Source: a bacterium (GTDB lineage Bacteria > SM23-31). From it: a DNA stretch of 64,000 bases. The first letter of the stretch is position 1. Every line of letters starts with the position of its first letter. The position numbers were made by a program, and so were the translations under genes. Location: contig OZ252239.1 of assembly GCA_965249485.1 (NCBI GenBank), forward strand, positions 3,168,001 through 3,232,000. The letters run 5' to 3'. The notes under the pieces were generated by a model. The model made no database searches. It worked only from the letters and a program-made list of their open reading frames with translations, and had not been told where the DNA came from. Positions 20,761 through 31,099 of the stretch are shown here, piece after piece.

Positions 20761-21856
20761 CTATAATACAGCACACGAAAGGGAATAAATCGGAGGAAGC
20801 CATTGAGCAAGCACATCCCAGGAATCACCTTCATTTCGGCTGTACAATATTTGGCCCGTGCTTGTACCAACATAAATTCCACACGGATCACACGTATCAG
20901 CTGTCATGGCCTGCCTGAAAACATGGAGGTACGAATGTTTACCGGGGAGTCCGTTTTCGAGTTTTTCCCAATTACCGCCCCGGTTTTTACTGCGAAAGAC
21001 AGCAAACTCCCCATTAACCGGGCATCTGAAATCAGGTCCTTCTTCAGGGATAACATAGATAGTGTCTGGATCGTGCGGATGGATAGTGAGAGGAAAACCA
21101 AATCTTGACGGGAGTCCCTCGCTTATATCAATCCAGTCTTTGCCACTATTTTCACTCCGGTATACACCACAATGGTTCTGCTGGTACAGCAGCTCAGGTT
21201 TGGCCTGATGCGATTCCATGTGGTGGACACATTGCCCCACATACAGGAAATGTATCAGGCTGAAAATCAGCCAGAACACCTTTGTTTCTCGGTTCCCACG
21301 TTGATCCTCCGTCTTCCGTAAAGAAAGCTCCTGCTGCCGATATCCCGACAGATAGCTTTTGCAAATCAACAGGGTTGGTACAGACGGAATGGACCATCAA
21401 GCCACCGACACTAGGCTGCCATTTACCGCGGGAATAATGGTTCGTCAATCCACTTATCTCTTTCCATGTATTTCCGTTATCATCTGAGCGAAATAAGGCT
21501 GCCGGATCGACTCCTGCATACAAAACATTCGGTGCCGCACTACCTCCCGTTTCAATACACCATATTCGCTTAACCGTATAGTCTGATTTATCACCGAATT
21601 TCGGTTCAGATTCAGAGTTAATCCACGTTTCACCAAAATCACTGCTTATTTTTTTGTTCGATCCCCAAAACGGGGAATTTACACACGCAAACAAACGTGT
21701 GCTATTTCGGGAGTCAACTATCAAGTGATTGACATCATCACCCTTGAGATAAGGACCGTGCGGTTCCCAATCTTCACGTTCAGGTGTACCGGTAAACCTG
21801 AACGCACCTTTATGCGTTCCAGCAAATAAATGGACCGATCTATGTGTTTGTGCCAT
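20761..21856 (-). CDS. WD40/YVTN/BNR-repeat (sialidase-like) beta-propeller, frameshifted near 21243
   Basis: SxDxGxTW Asp boxes; removing 1 nt joins ...QPDTFP to VGQCVHH...QQNHCGVYRS. Confidence 0.8.
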
Positions 21857-21896
21857 GATGACCTCAATGATTCTTACTGTACTTAATGAATTATAT

Positions 21897-24725
21897 TTAT
21901 TTAACAAGAAGCATCTTCTTAATTGCAGAGAATTCTCTAGACTGCAGTCGATAAAAGTAGATCCCTGAAGCAAGCTGGGTTCCGTTTTCGCTCCTGCCAT
22001 CGAATGCAACTGAATGAGCACCGGACATATGTTCTTCGTTTGAGAGTAGTGTTCTCACTTCCTGACCAAGCGCATTATAAATTATCAGCGTTACCGGTGC
22101 CGCAGCCGGGAGAATGAAGCGAATTGTAGTTTCAGGATTAAATGGATTCGGATAATTTTGCTGAAGATCAAACTGCGAAGGAACCGCAATGTTAGTACCG
22201 TCAATTGAGGTTATAACCGAACTTTTATATACACCCCCGCCGTGGGTCGCTACTACAACAGTCCCGTCAGAATCCCGGCCTGTTACCATGTTCACAACTA
22301 CATTACCGATTGTTGAAGGGCCTTCCTGCACCCAGATGGTGCTATTGCCATTCAATTCGGTTGTAGAATACAATCCGGTACTCGTTGCTGCAAAAAAGAC
22401 AGGGCCGTGCACAGAGTTACTATGATGGATATATGCCCACCTAACTGAAGGGCCGTTCCCACTTCCAGAATTATTCTCTTCAAGATTACCGCTCACATCT
22501 TCTCCCCAGGAAGTGCCTGCATCATCAGAATAAAAAATGCTTTCAACCTGATAGTTGGAAAAAACAACCATTAGTTCATCTCCATCATTTGGATCAATGG
22601 CTATGCAGCTTATATAACCGTTATTGGGAAATCCAAAATCACTAATATCTACAGGAACCGGATCTCCTAATTGTGCATTCTCTATCATGTAAATATGACC
22701 TTTATCAGTACCATAATATAATCTGTTTGCGGGTGTTTCCGTCATAGACAGTGCAGTAATATTTTCACCATTAATCCGTGCATTGGTCATTTCTGTCCAG
22801 TTTACATTCGTTGATTGATTATTTCCTGTAGGAATACCAAGTAAATTACTATTTCGCCAGAGTTCCTCTCCACGGGGCAAAAACATCATCGTATTATCAT
22901 TCGAATTCAAAACAAAAGGTGCAATAAAAAGAAATGTTTCAGCAACGTCCCCTATGTCAATTCTAGTATTAGCAGTAATATTACCCCCCAATGTATTAAG
23001 TTCTACTCTGAAGATCTGACCATTTTGAGCCGATACATAGTAGTGATCACCGTCATTTGAAATGGCACTGAAACTCCCGTCACCTCCGAACACTTCTATC
23101 CAGAAATCGAAAGAGCTAGTTGAATTAAAAAAATAAGTGCCATTATCCTGCATTCCCCCAACAATCACATTAGTAAAGTTGTTATTTGCTGTACGATTTA
23201 TCGCAACGGTGTAAAACTGTGTTGTGTAATACCCTGTATTCAACGATACCCACGACACTGTCGATGCAAGATTATTTGCAGTCCAGCTGACTCCTCCATC
23301 CGTACCGGTATACATTATTGAAGGATTTGAAGGTGAGAAAATTACTTCATGAATATCGGGGTGGTGATTCATCAGTATTGTAAAGTCATTTTTGAAGGGA
23401 TCATAACCACCAATCCATGTGGTTATTGTATCTGTTTCGAATCCGTCCGTGGAACGGTACAGGTTTGTACCGCCGACAAAAATAACATCTGGATTGTCAG
23501 GTTTTACTTTCACAACAAGATCATAAGAATTCTGAGATTCAAAATTTCCGGCTGCACCGCCGAATTCTGGCAGGTTTACCGAACGGTTATTCCATATGCC
23601 ACCAACATCCGTACCATCACCGGATAGGTAGGTATATTTCCATAAACTGTGATCCAGCTTTCCCGAGCCTGGCGTTTCTCCAAGAAAATAAATTGTATTT
23701 TGATTCGAAGGAGCTATACCAATAACAATCCGGCGATAAACAGCGGGAAAACCGACAGAAGTTATATTTGTCCATGATTCACCATCAACCGAACGCCAGA
23801 TTCCTCCATCATCGCCATTGCTGCTTAATGTTGCATAAACTACACCGTCCAAGGTGATTGCGACATCGGTATATTCAGATACGAACGGCTGATTGCCTCC
23901 ACTCCGTTTTGTTTCCCAAGTCACACCACCATCACTGCTCTTCCGAATGGAATTATAAGCCGCAGCATAAACAACATCTTCTAAAACACTTCGTGACGAA
24001 TCGACAACAATTCTCCAGATAAAGTCGAATTCAGAATCAAATTTGTGCGGCGTACCGGAAGCCGTTGAATTAAGCTGACTCCATGCCATTCCCCCGTCCT
24101 CTGACTTAAAAATACCGTTACCAAGAAATCCACCACCACTGAAATCAGATGCTGAATTCCCTGACCATTCTCCCGTTCCAAAATACCAGATATTGGTCTT
24201 ACCAGGACGTGGATCCTGCGCAATCGTTGTCACACTATGGAGATCAGCAGGATGGGTAGTTTTCTCCCACGTAGAAGTATTTGCCGTGTACCTCCAAACT
24301 CCTCCCGACACACCACCGGCAAGAAGCGTTCCACCGGAGGGATCGGATACGTCAAACGCCAATGCCCGCGTTCTGCCGCCGATATTATACGGCCCGACAC
24401 GCTCCCACTCATACACCTTTGATGAAAACAGATTGGCACTTTTATTGAGCCCGAGTCGGATCGCGCTCTCTTTGGTCGGAATCGTTTTTGCAAACGCGAG
24501 TTCCTTCCTCCGAATATTTCGTGGGATTTCTCCCGTCTCAGGTGAACGGAGACGGTTCTGCTCATACCGTGCTCTCGCGTTCGGATCCTCTTTGGTACCG
24601 ATAGCCGACGGTACCTTTATCTGCTCATCCCCCTGAACATCTCTCGAAATAAAACTCCATACACCTAAAACGCAGATAGCACTTACCGCTAGGAAGAACA
24701 CTACCTTTTTTAAATCTATTAACAT
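21897..24725 (-). CDS. Secreted BNR-repeat protein with T9SS type A/FlgD-Ig C-terminal domain
   Basis: GPYNIGGRTRAL, Asp boxes, GGMQDNG, QNYPNPFNPETTI...SGIYFYRL...KKMLLVK. Confidence 0.88.
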   Translation of the reverse strand: MLIDLKKVVFFLAVSAICVLGVWSFISRDVQGDEQIKVPSAIGTKEDPNARARYEQNRLRSPETGEIPRNIRRKELAFAKTIPTKESAIRLGLNKSANLFSSKVYEWERVGPYNIGGRTRALAFDVSDPSGGTLLAGGVSGGVWRYTANTSTWEKTTHPADLHSVTTIAQDPRPGKTNIWYFGTGEWSGNSASDFSGGGFLGNGIFKSEDGGMAWSQLNSTASGTPHKFDSEFDFIWRIVVDSSRSVLEDVVYAAAYNSIRKSSDGGVTWETKRSGGNQPFVSEYTDVAITLDGVVYATLSSNGDDGGIWRSVDGESWTNITSVGFPAVYRRIVIGIAPSNQNTIYFLGETPGSGKLDHSLWKYTYLSGDGTDVGGIWNNRSVNLPEFGGAAGNFESQNSYDLVVKVKPDNPDVIFVGGTNLYRSTDGFETDTITTWIGGYDPFKNDFTILMNHHPDIHEVIFSPSNPSIMYTGTDGGVSWTANNLASTVSWVSLNTGYYTTQFYTVAINRTANNNFTNVIVGGMQDNGTYFFNSTSSFDFWIEVFGGDGSFSAISNDGDHYYVSAQNGQIFRVELNTLGGNITANTRIDIGDVAETFLFIAPFVLNSNDNTMMFLPRGEELWRNSNLLGIPTGNNQSTNVNWTEMTNARINGENITALSMTETPANRLYYGTDKGHIYMIENAQLGDPVPVDISDFGFPNNGYISCIAIDPNDGDELMVVFSNYQVESIFYSDDAGTSWGEDVSGNLEENNSGSGNGPSVRWAYIHHSNSVHGPVFFAATSTGLYSTTELNGNSTIWVQEGPSTIGNVVVNMVTGRDSDGTVVVATHGGGVYKSSVITSIDGTNIAVPSQFDLQQNYPNPFNPETTIRFILPAAAPVTLIIYNALGQEVRTLLSNEEHMSGAHSVAFDGRSENGTQLASGIYFYRLQSREFSAIKKMLLVK

Positions 24726-24892
24726 TACAGCGCCCTTATTTTCATTATCGTTATTTCTCTAACTCTTCTTCATACCAACGAACAACAACATTATTCCGTT
24801 TGAAGTTCTGAAGTAATTATTATTCTTAATGATATTTTATTCTCCGGGTCTGATGATTAACACGTGCGCAAGCGAGCGATGCAAGTTAGGTA

Positions 24893-25408
24893 TTATTGTA
24901 TTTCGTAGCCGTAAATTATATACAAAACTTTCTCCCCACTCTCCGGCTGAAATGCCAGACGGGATTCAACATCTGCAAGAAACCTTGATCCGACTGATAG
25001 ACCCGGATAGTCCTTTTCTAATGTGGGAAATAACATGTGTGTAGGCATGAGGGTGAATGGGAAAAAAACCGAAATTTCCGATCCTGTGGCGAGCGGTCTG
25101 CCAAACGCAGATCCATATCCCAAAACCGATTCAATTCTGATTATTGCCTGGCATGGCGCCTGTGAACATGGCTTTGAAAGATTCGATGTTTCTGCAATAT
25201 CATCTATATTTGCAACAACTCCTATAATCCTGCTGTGATTAGGAGGAACAGGTGCCGTGGTATTACCAGGAAAACCACGGGATGCTGATTCAGACGCAGA
25301 ACCTGTCTGCTCTGCTTCTGAAGTACGATCACTCTTTGAGCTACACCCGCTGAACACAGTAATAAGAACAGTAGTAATAATGATTCTCATGCAAAGATGG
25401 CTTTGCAT
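24893..25408 (-). CDS. Hypothetical lipoprotein
   Basis: Lipobox FSGC, low-complexity linker, CxxxPC. Confidence 0.7.
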   Translation of the reverse strand: MQSHLCMRIIITTVLITVFSGCSSKSDRTSEAEQTGSASESASRGFPGNTTAPVPPNHSRIIGVVANIDDIAETSNLSKPCSQAPCQAIIRIESVLGYGSAFGRPLATGSEISVFFPFTLMPTHMLFPTLEKDYPGLSVGSRFLADVESRLAFQPESGEKVLYIIYGYEIQ

Positions 25409-25603
25409 ATAAACGCTCCATGAGATTATTTGGTACGGATTTAATAGTGTAAGGTAGGTAAAAACCCGTGAAATGTCAACATAGAATCAAAGCAGAAATT
25501 GGCAGTATTGATATCGATTATACCAATGTTGTGAGCTAAAAGAAGTCCATCGACATGATTACTGCTTTCGTTCTATATGTACTCGTTCAAGTAATGATTC
25601 ATA

Positions 25604-26956
25604 TTACTTATGAGTATATCCCACTTTTTCCTGAAGTGACTTCACCGTCTCCTGATATTGCTCATCCTGATCCATAAGTAAATTTACCGTGTTGATTGCA
25701 TGCAGGACGGTAGTGTGGTCACGCCCGCCAAAGTGGAGACCGATTGTTTTAAGGGAATTGTTGGTCAGTTGTTTTGCAAGATACATGGCAATCTGCCGGG
25801 GAATCACTACTTCTTGCTTTCTCGTTTTATCACGAAGGAGGTCAGTGTTAATTCTGAAATGATCAGCAACTAAACGCTGAATCTCTTCAATTGAAACTGG
25901 TTTCATCTCATAAAATTTTAGATCTTTTAATACAGATTTTGTCAGAGCTACATCAATATCAGTATTGAGAATAATCGATTGAGCCATGAGTCTGTTTAAT
26001 GCACCGTTGAGATCTCGAATATTTTTCGTAATGTGGGACGCGATGAGATATGCCACTTCATAATCCAGTTCAATTCCGTCATCTGCGGCTTTCCGTTGGA
26101 GTATTGCTACTCGTGTTTCAAGCTCAGGTGGTTTTATATCAACAACAAGTCCGTTCTGAAACCTTGAAGAAAGACGCTCGTGTATATCGAGAGCGGAAAA
26201 CTCCCGTGGCGGTCTATCAGAGGTCAGAATTATCTGTTTGCCGCGTAAATGAAGCGTATTAAAGGTATGGAAAAATTGTTCCTGTGTCGATTCTTTACCA
26301 ATAAAAAACTCTATATCGTCAACAATCAGCAAATCAATTTTATCAAAATAATCACAGAACTGCTTTGTTTTCTTATCCTGGATCGAATTAATGAAATCGA
26401 GTGTGAATTTTTTTGATGAGACATAGACCGCTTCTTTTACCCGTCTATGCTGAAGTGAATGTATTCCAATTGCCTGAGCTAAATGGGTTTTGCCCAATCC
26501 GACACCACCCCAGAGCAAAAGTGGGTTAAATTTTGTTTTTCCCGGCTTGTCTGCTACAGCCATTGCAACAGCTCTTCCAAACTGATTACACGAACCTTCC
26601 ACAAACGTATCAAATGTAAAATCAGAATTAAATCGAGCCAATTGTTCTTTAAAGTAACCCTTTGTTTCTGGGATGATACTGGTTTTCGATTTTTTCTCAC
26701 CGTTTTTTTTATTAACAATGTATTCAATGCTTGCATCTTCATCCAAAACTTCGCCAAGAGCAGAATAAATCAGGCCATGATAATGCTCTTCTAACCATTC
26801 TGAGAAAAATTTACTCGGAATTCCTACTTTTAATTTTTTATCTTTTAGTTGAACAGGTCTTAGCGGTACAAACCATGTTGAGAACTTTTGATCTTGTATT
26901 TGGGGCTTGATAATTGACAACACGTCGTCCCATACATGGACATGAGAGTTATTCAT
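25604..26956 (-). CDS. dnaA: Chromosomal replication initiator DnaA
   Basis: FTFDTFV, NPLLLWGGVGLGKTHL, QEQFFHTFN, RQIAMYL, FGGRDHTTV. Confidence 0.96.
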   Translation of the reverse strand: MNNSHVHVWDDVLSIIKPQIQDQKFSTWFVPLRPVQLKDKKLKVGIPSKFFSEWLEEHYHGLIYSALGEVLDEDASIEYIVNKKNGEKKSKTSIIPETKGYFKEQLARFNSDFTFDTFVEGSCNQFGRAVAMAVADKPGKTKFNPLLLWGGVGLGKTHLAQAIGIHSLQHRRVKEAVYVSSKKFTLDFINSIQDKKTKQFCDYFDKIDLLIVDDIEFFIGKESTQEQFFHTFNTLHLRGKQIILTSDRPPREFSALDIHERLSSRFQNGLVVDIKPPELETRVAILQRKAADDGIELDYEVAYLIASHITKNIRDLNGALNRLMAQSIILNTDIDVALTKSVLKDLKFYEMKPVSIEEIQRLVADHFRINTDLLRDKTRKQEVVIPRQIAMYLAKQLTNNSLKTIGLHFGGRDHTTVLHAINTVNLLMDQDEQYQETVKSLQEKVGYTHK

Positions 26957-27004
26957 TGTTGCTCCATCCCTTAAGTTATTGCAAAGCAAGCATTAAAATG
27001 TGGT

Positions 27005-27578
27005 TTATCAACATATACTTCAACGATCGGGAAAGCTATTCAAAAATCAGAACAAGTATTAGTTATCCACATTGACGAAAAGCTTACCAAAGTTTTACAA
27101 GGTGTTGTAATTAAATAATTTAGGTAGAACCGATGCGTGTGTTCTAATGTCGAGGAGTTGGGCTAACTTTAATATTTACAGCAGATAGATTTGTTATGAA
27201 TTGAACTTATCAACATGTTTTCCACTGCCCATTATCTCCTGTTGAATGTGCCAGTAAAATAGGATTAAGCTCGTTAATGTCAAGTGAAATATAGGCAATT
27301 ATTTAACATTTTTTTAACAAATTTTCACTAAATTCTAATAGCCTATTTCATTCATGAGAAGTTAGACATTTTTATTCGATAGCAGATTTAATGAATCCTT
27401 CAAACCTGTTTGATAGTACCGGGTTATACGGATTATTTATCGATTCGGTTGTGTGTCATTAATTTAACAGTTATTTATTCAGAACTTTTTACCTGAATAT
27501 TATTATCTGTTATACTTTGCATGAATTTCCAAAAGACAATAACACAAACTACCTTATATAAGACAACTTTGTGTATAG
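27005..27578. promoter_or_regulatory. DnaA-box cluster in AT-rich intergenic region (dnaA autoregulation and/or oriC)
   Basis: TTATCCACA 27063-27071; TTATCAACA 27005-27013 and 27207-27215; TTTTCCACT 27218-27226; TGTGTATAG 27570-27578. Confidence 0.6.
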
Positions 27579-27590
27579 AGAGAGTCCATT

Positions 27591-28790
27591 ATGACAAACC
27601 GATTGTATTATTGCGATTCTTATACAACAGAATTTGATTCCCGGATAATTGATATTCGACAAGAAAAAAACAGGACAGGAGTTATACTTGAGCAGACGCT
27701 TTTTTATCCTACTTCCGGTGGGCAATTACATGATTCAGGTACGCTGAATAGCAGCATTGTAACTGATGTTGTAGAAAGCAATGATGAGATTGTCCACTAT
27801 ATCGAAAGTAAACATATTGAAAATGAAGTACACGGCTCCATAGATTGGGATCGCCGATTCCACTTCATGCAACAGCACACTGGGCAGCATATTCTTTCTG
27901 CAGTACTGTTGGACAATTGGAATGCAGAAACAGTTTCAGCATCATTAGGACTTCATCACTCTACAATAGAAATCAAACAAGATGAAATATTACCAAGTGT
28001 AATTCGCAATGCTGAACACACTGCCAATGAATGGATACTAAAGAATGTTCCCATTTCCGTTTTGTTTCCTACTGGAAAAGAGCTAACTAAGCTGCCTCTC
28101 AGAAAAAAACCTCCGGAAGGAAAAAAAGTCAGGATTGTCCATATCGATGGTCTTGATTATATTCCCTGTGGGGGAACACACTGCTCACGTACAGGAGAAG
28201 TCGGCATCATAAAAATTACCGGAAGTGAAAAAAATCGCGGCAATATCAGATTGATATTTCACTGTGGGAAAAATGCACTTAACGATTATGACTGCAAGAA
28301 TTCGCTATTGCAATCATTGACCATGACATTATCGTCAGACGAGAATACAATAGTACAAAAAGCAACCAAACTGATAGATGAAAACAAATCGCTTTCCAAA
28401 GCGCTCGCCGGAATGAAACAGGATATCATATCATATCAGGCTCGTGATCTGTATCAACATGGTAAAACATTTGGTAATAGTATGCTTGTCACTCATATAT
28501 TTGAATCGAGTACTACAGCTGAATTACAACTTCTCTCTCAGGAGCTTCGCAAATGTGGTTCCTGTATTTCACTTCTCGCATATTCCGGAAGTAAGAAAGG
28601 TTTTGTATTTTCCTGCTCAGAAGATGTATTGCTTGATTTCACTCTGCTTCTTGAGGATGTTAAGAAAGAATATCCGGTAAAGGGCGGTGGTGGCACAACG
28701 ATGATACAGGGAAGTATACCTGATGCAATTAATATTCAAGATTTTCTGAATATGGTAATTAATCTCATTCAAAGTGCTATTACACAGTAA
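27591..28790 (+). CDS. AlaX-like alanyl-tRNA editing protein with DHHA1 domain
   Basis: FYPTSGGQ, QQHTGQHILS, CGGTH, KGGG. Confidence 0.9.
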   Translation: MTNRLYYCDSYTTEFDSRIIDIRQEKNRTGVILEQTLFYPTSGGQLHDSGTLNSSIVTDVVESNDEIVHYIESKHIENEVHGSIDWDRRFHFMQQHTGQHILSAVLLDNWNAETVSASLGLHHSTIEIKQDEILPSVIRNAEHTANEWILKNVPISVLFPTGKELTKLPLRKKPPEGKKVRIVHIDGLDYIPCGGTHCSRTGEVGIIKITGSEKNRGNIRLIFHCGKNALNDYDCKNSLLQSLTMTLSSDENTIVQKATKLIDENKSLSKALAGMKQDIISYQARDLYQHGKTFGNSMLVTHIFESSTTAELQLLSQELRKCGSCISLLAYSGSKKGFVFSCSEDVLLDFTLLLEDVKKEYPVKGGGGTTMIQGSIPDAINIQDFLNMVINLIQSAITQ

Positions 28791-28896
28791 TACCTTTTTG
28801 TATTTCATGATTTTATTAAATTAATAGCCGATAATACTGATAGTAATTCACTGATTTGCAATCAATTATAATTAATACAGGGAATATACGGCTGCA

Positions 28897-29823
28897 ATGA
28901 AATGTCCAGGTTGTTATAAAGAAGTACCGGAAAATGTTGAACTATGTCCACATTGTGGCACTCCACGTGCCGTCAATACAGGTAAACCAAAGGAAGTAAA
29001 AAAGGAATATACCCATTACAAAATAATATTGATAAAACCAGGTGCACGAGAAGGTACGGTTTCGCTGATTGCTGAAATCACTGGTTTATCTGAAAAACAG
29101 GTTAAGCAAAACGTAATAAATACTCCCTGGACTCTTGTGTCGCGTCTGCCGCTTGACAAAGCTCAAGAAATAAAAGTGCTGCCCGAAACAAGCAGAGCGG
29201 TCGTCCGTCTTGAGGGAATGGACATCTGGGATGACGAAGATTCCGGAGACGGATTTGACGGTTCTGTTCAGTTAATTAAGCACGATCAAGGTCGAAAAAA
29301 ACCTAAAGTTACGTATCTTATTGTCGGTATTCTTATAGCATCAATTGTATTCCTCGTATATATTTTTACCACCATTACTCCCGGTGACAGACAAGAACTT
29401 CTCGGCGGACTTCAAAGTGATGTCCAAGATATTGAAGCCGACAATCCAATGTCTATGGAAGAACTTGAATCAGATGAAGACATTGCCGAAATCTTCGAGG
29501 AATTCGATGAGAATATACTTGCTCCAGAAGAAGTTGAATTAACAGTTATTGATTTGAGTGATCACGGCACAAATCCATATATTGCTGCAATCATCATCAG
29601 ATTTGAACTCACCTCGAAGGAGTGGGTGACTTTGGATATATATAACAAGGAATTCAATAAAATCACATCACTACTTTCATGAACTTTAGAACCAAACACC
29701 TACCGGGTTACCTGGAATGGATCAACTGACGCTGCTTTTAATGTAGTGCCAGGTATCTATATCGCTGTATTGGCAACTCCTATGAGAACATCTTATCACA
29801 AAATTGTATGGTTATTCGAGTAG
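28897..29823 (+). CDS. Zinc-ribbon + TM + FlgD-Ig/CTD-like protein, interrupted by in-frame TGA at 29680-29682
   Basis: CPGC...CPHCG; one TM; frame continues after TGA as TLEPNTYRVTWNGS...PGIY to TAG at 29821-29823. Confidence 0.65.
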
Positions 29824-29887
29824 TGTGAATAATTGCAAACACTGATTGAAAAAGTATCTTCATATTTCAAAATGATGGCAAGCGTCT

Positions 29888-29914
29888 TAAAGAGGTGTAG
29901 AATTCTGTCGATAT
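29888..29914 (+). promoter_or_regulatory. sigma28 (FliA)-type promoter
   Basis: TAAA-N15-GTCGATAT. Confidence 0.6.
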
Positions 29915-29938
29915 TATTAATGGGTTTATTAACAGAGG

Positions 29939-30103
29939 ATGGAGATGGACACCCGTGATTTTGAAATAGCTAAAAATCACATGGACGAGATTTTGGAATA
30001 CAGGACAGTGTTAGCACATATTCTTAAAAGGAAAGTGACGATTAATCAAGCAATCACTGACTGGATTGAAAAAGGATATATCAATAAATACCGTTGGAAA
30101 TAG
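29939..30103 (+). CDS. Small hypothetical protein (54 aa)
   Basis: MEMDTRDFEIAKNHMDEILEYR...QAITDWIEKGYINKYRWK; GAGG/GGAG RBS; below the ORF-track cutoff. Confidence 0.6.
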   Translation: MEMDTRDFEIAKNHMDEILEYRTVLAHILKRKVTINQAITDWIEKGYINKYRWK

Positions 30104-30138
30104 AAACCTCTTCGCACACTTCATTACAGCAAATCACA

Positions 30139-31086
30139 TTAGTCTGACAAAGCTTCTTTCACCGCTGCTGCAAGTATCGGAATCATAATTTCATGATGAC
30201 CGGTAATTTCATATCCTTTTCCTCCCGTTAATGTGGGTCTGGACACTACGTTCTCATGAGGCCTGTAATGTTGGATCATATCAATATTTACAGCAGTAAA
30301 TCCTTCGGCAGGATGTCCGAGATTACGGACTACCGTCAATGCCTTTAGAAAAACTTCAGGGAGAATTACAGCAGAACCTACATTAAGTACCACTCCTCCG
30401 CTGTCTAAATTGCATAAGGTATTCGACAATATTCTAAAATCGCGCATTGAAAGTTCACCAATAATCTTTCCATCCGATGAAGGATGCTGATGGGTAATTT
30501 CTGTGCCAATCCCCACAAATACGGTAATGGGAATCCCTTTTTTATATGCAGCTGCAAAAACACTCACATCTCCACTCGGTGTTGTTTCTTCGGAAAGTTT
30601 TTTGCCAATTGACTCGCCATACCCCAATCCTTCTTGCTGCCCGGCAAAAAGTGCAGCATTAATCATATAAGCGGTCTCGGCAGACATTCCGAATGTTCCG
30701 TCAACTAAATTTGCCGCAACATCCTCTGATGTATGACCGAAGCATGCAAGTTCCAGGTCGTGAATTACCACCGCACCATTTGTACAAACTGCTGTTATTA
30801 TTCCACGTTCTATTAAATCAATAATTACCGGTCCCAGTCCACACTTAATAACATGAGCACCCATCATCCAAATTACTTCTTTTTTGTCTTTGTATGCAGA
30901 AACAACCGCATCCACTACTGCTTTAAAATCCGACGATTTCAATAGAGGAGGCATGGAAACAAGGAAATCCTGAAATGATCCCCCGGTTTTGTACACTTGC
31001 GCAAGATCTTGAATCGTCACTTTACTCACACGGTCGTGAATCGAAATCGTTTTAATCCGGTTAAGATCAATCTCGTGATGTTTCAT
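30139..31086 (-). CDS. Conserved protein with deoxyhypusine-synthase-like fold
   Basis: MGAHVIKCG, NGAVVIHD, GSAVILPEVFLKA, GHHEIMIP. Confidence 0.7.
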   Translation of the reverse strand: MKHHEIDLNRIKTISIHDRVSKVTIQDLAQVYKTGGSFQDFLVSMPPLLKSSDFKAVVDAVVSAYKDKKEVIWMMGAHVIKCGLGPVIIDLIERGIITAVCTNGAVVIHDLELACFGHTSEDVAANLVDGTFGMSAETAYMINAALFAGQQEGLGYGESIGKKLSEETTPSGDVSVFAAAYKKGIPITVFVGIGTEITHQHPSSDGKIIGELSMRDFRILSNTLCNLDSGGVVLNVGSAVILPEVFLKALTVVRNLGHPAEGFTAVNIDMIQHYRPHENVVSRPTLTGGKGYEITGHHEIMIPILAAAVKEALSD

Positions 31087-31099
31087 ACTACTCCGCTTT

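Noticed and set aside
29680..29720. Selenocysteine at the TGA of the zinc-ribbon/FlgD gene
   Set aside because: Only a weak hairpin follows, and the position is not a Cys or redox site in this domain type
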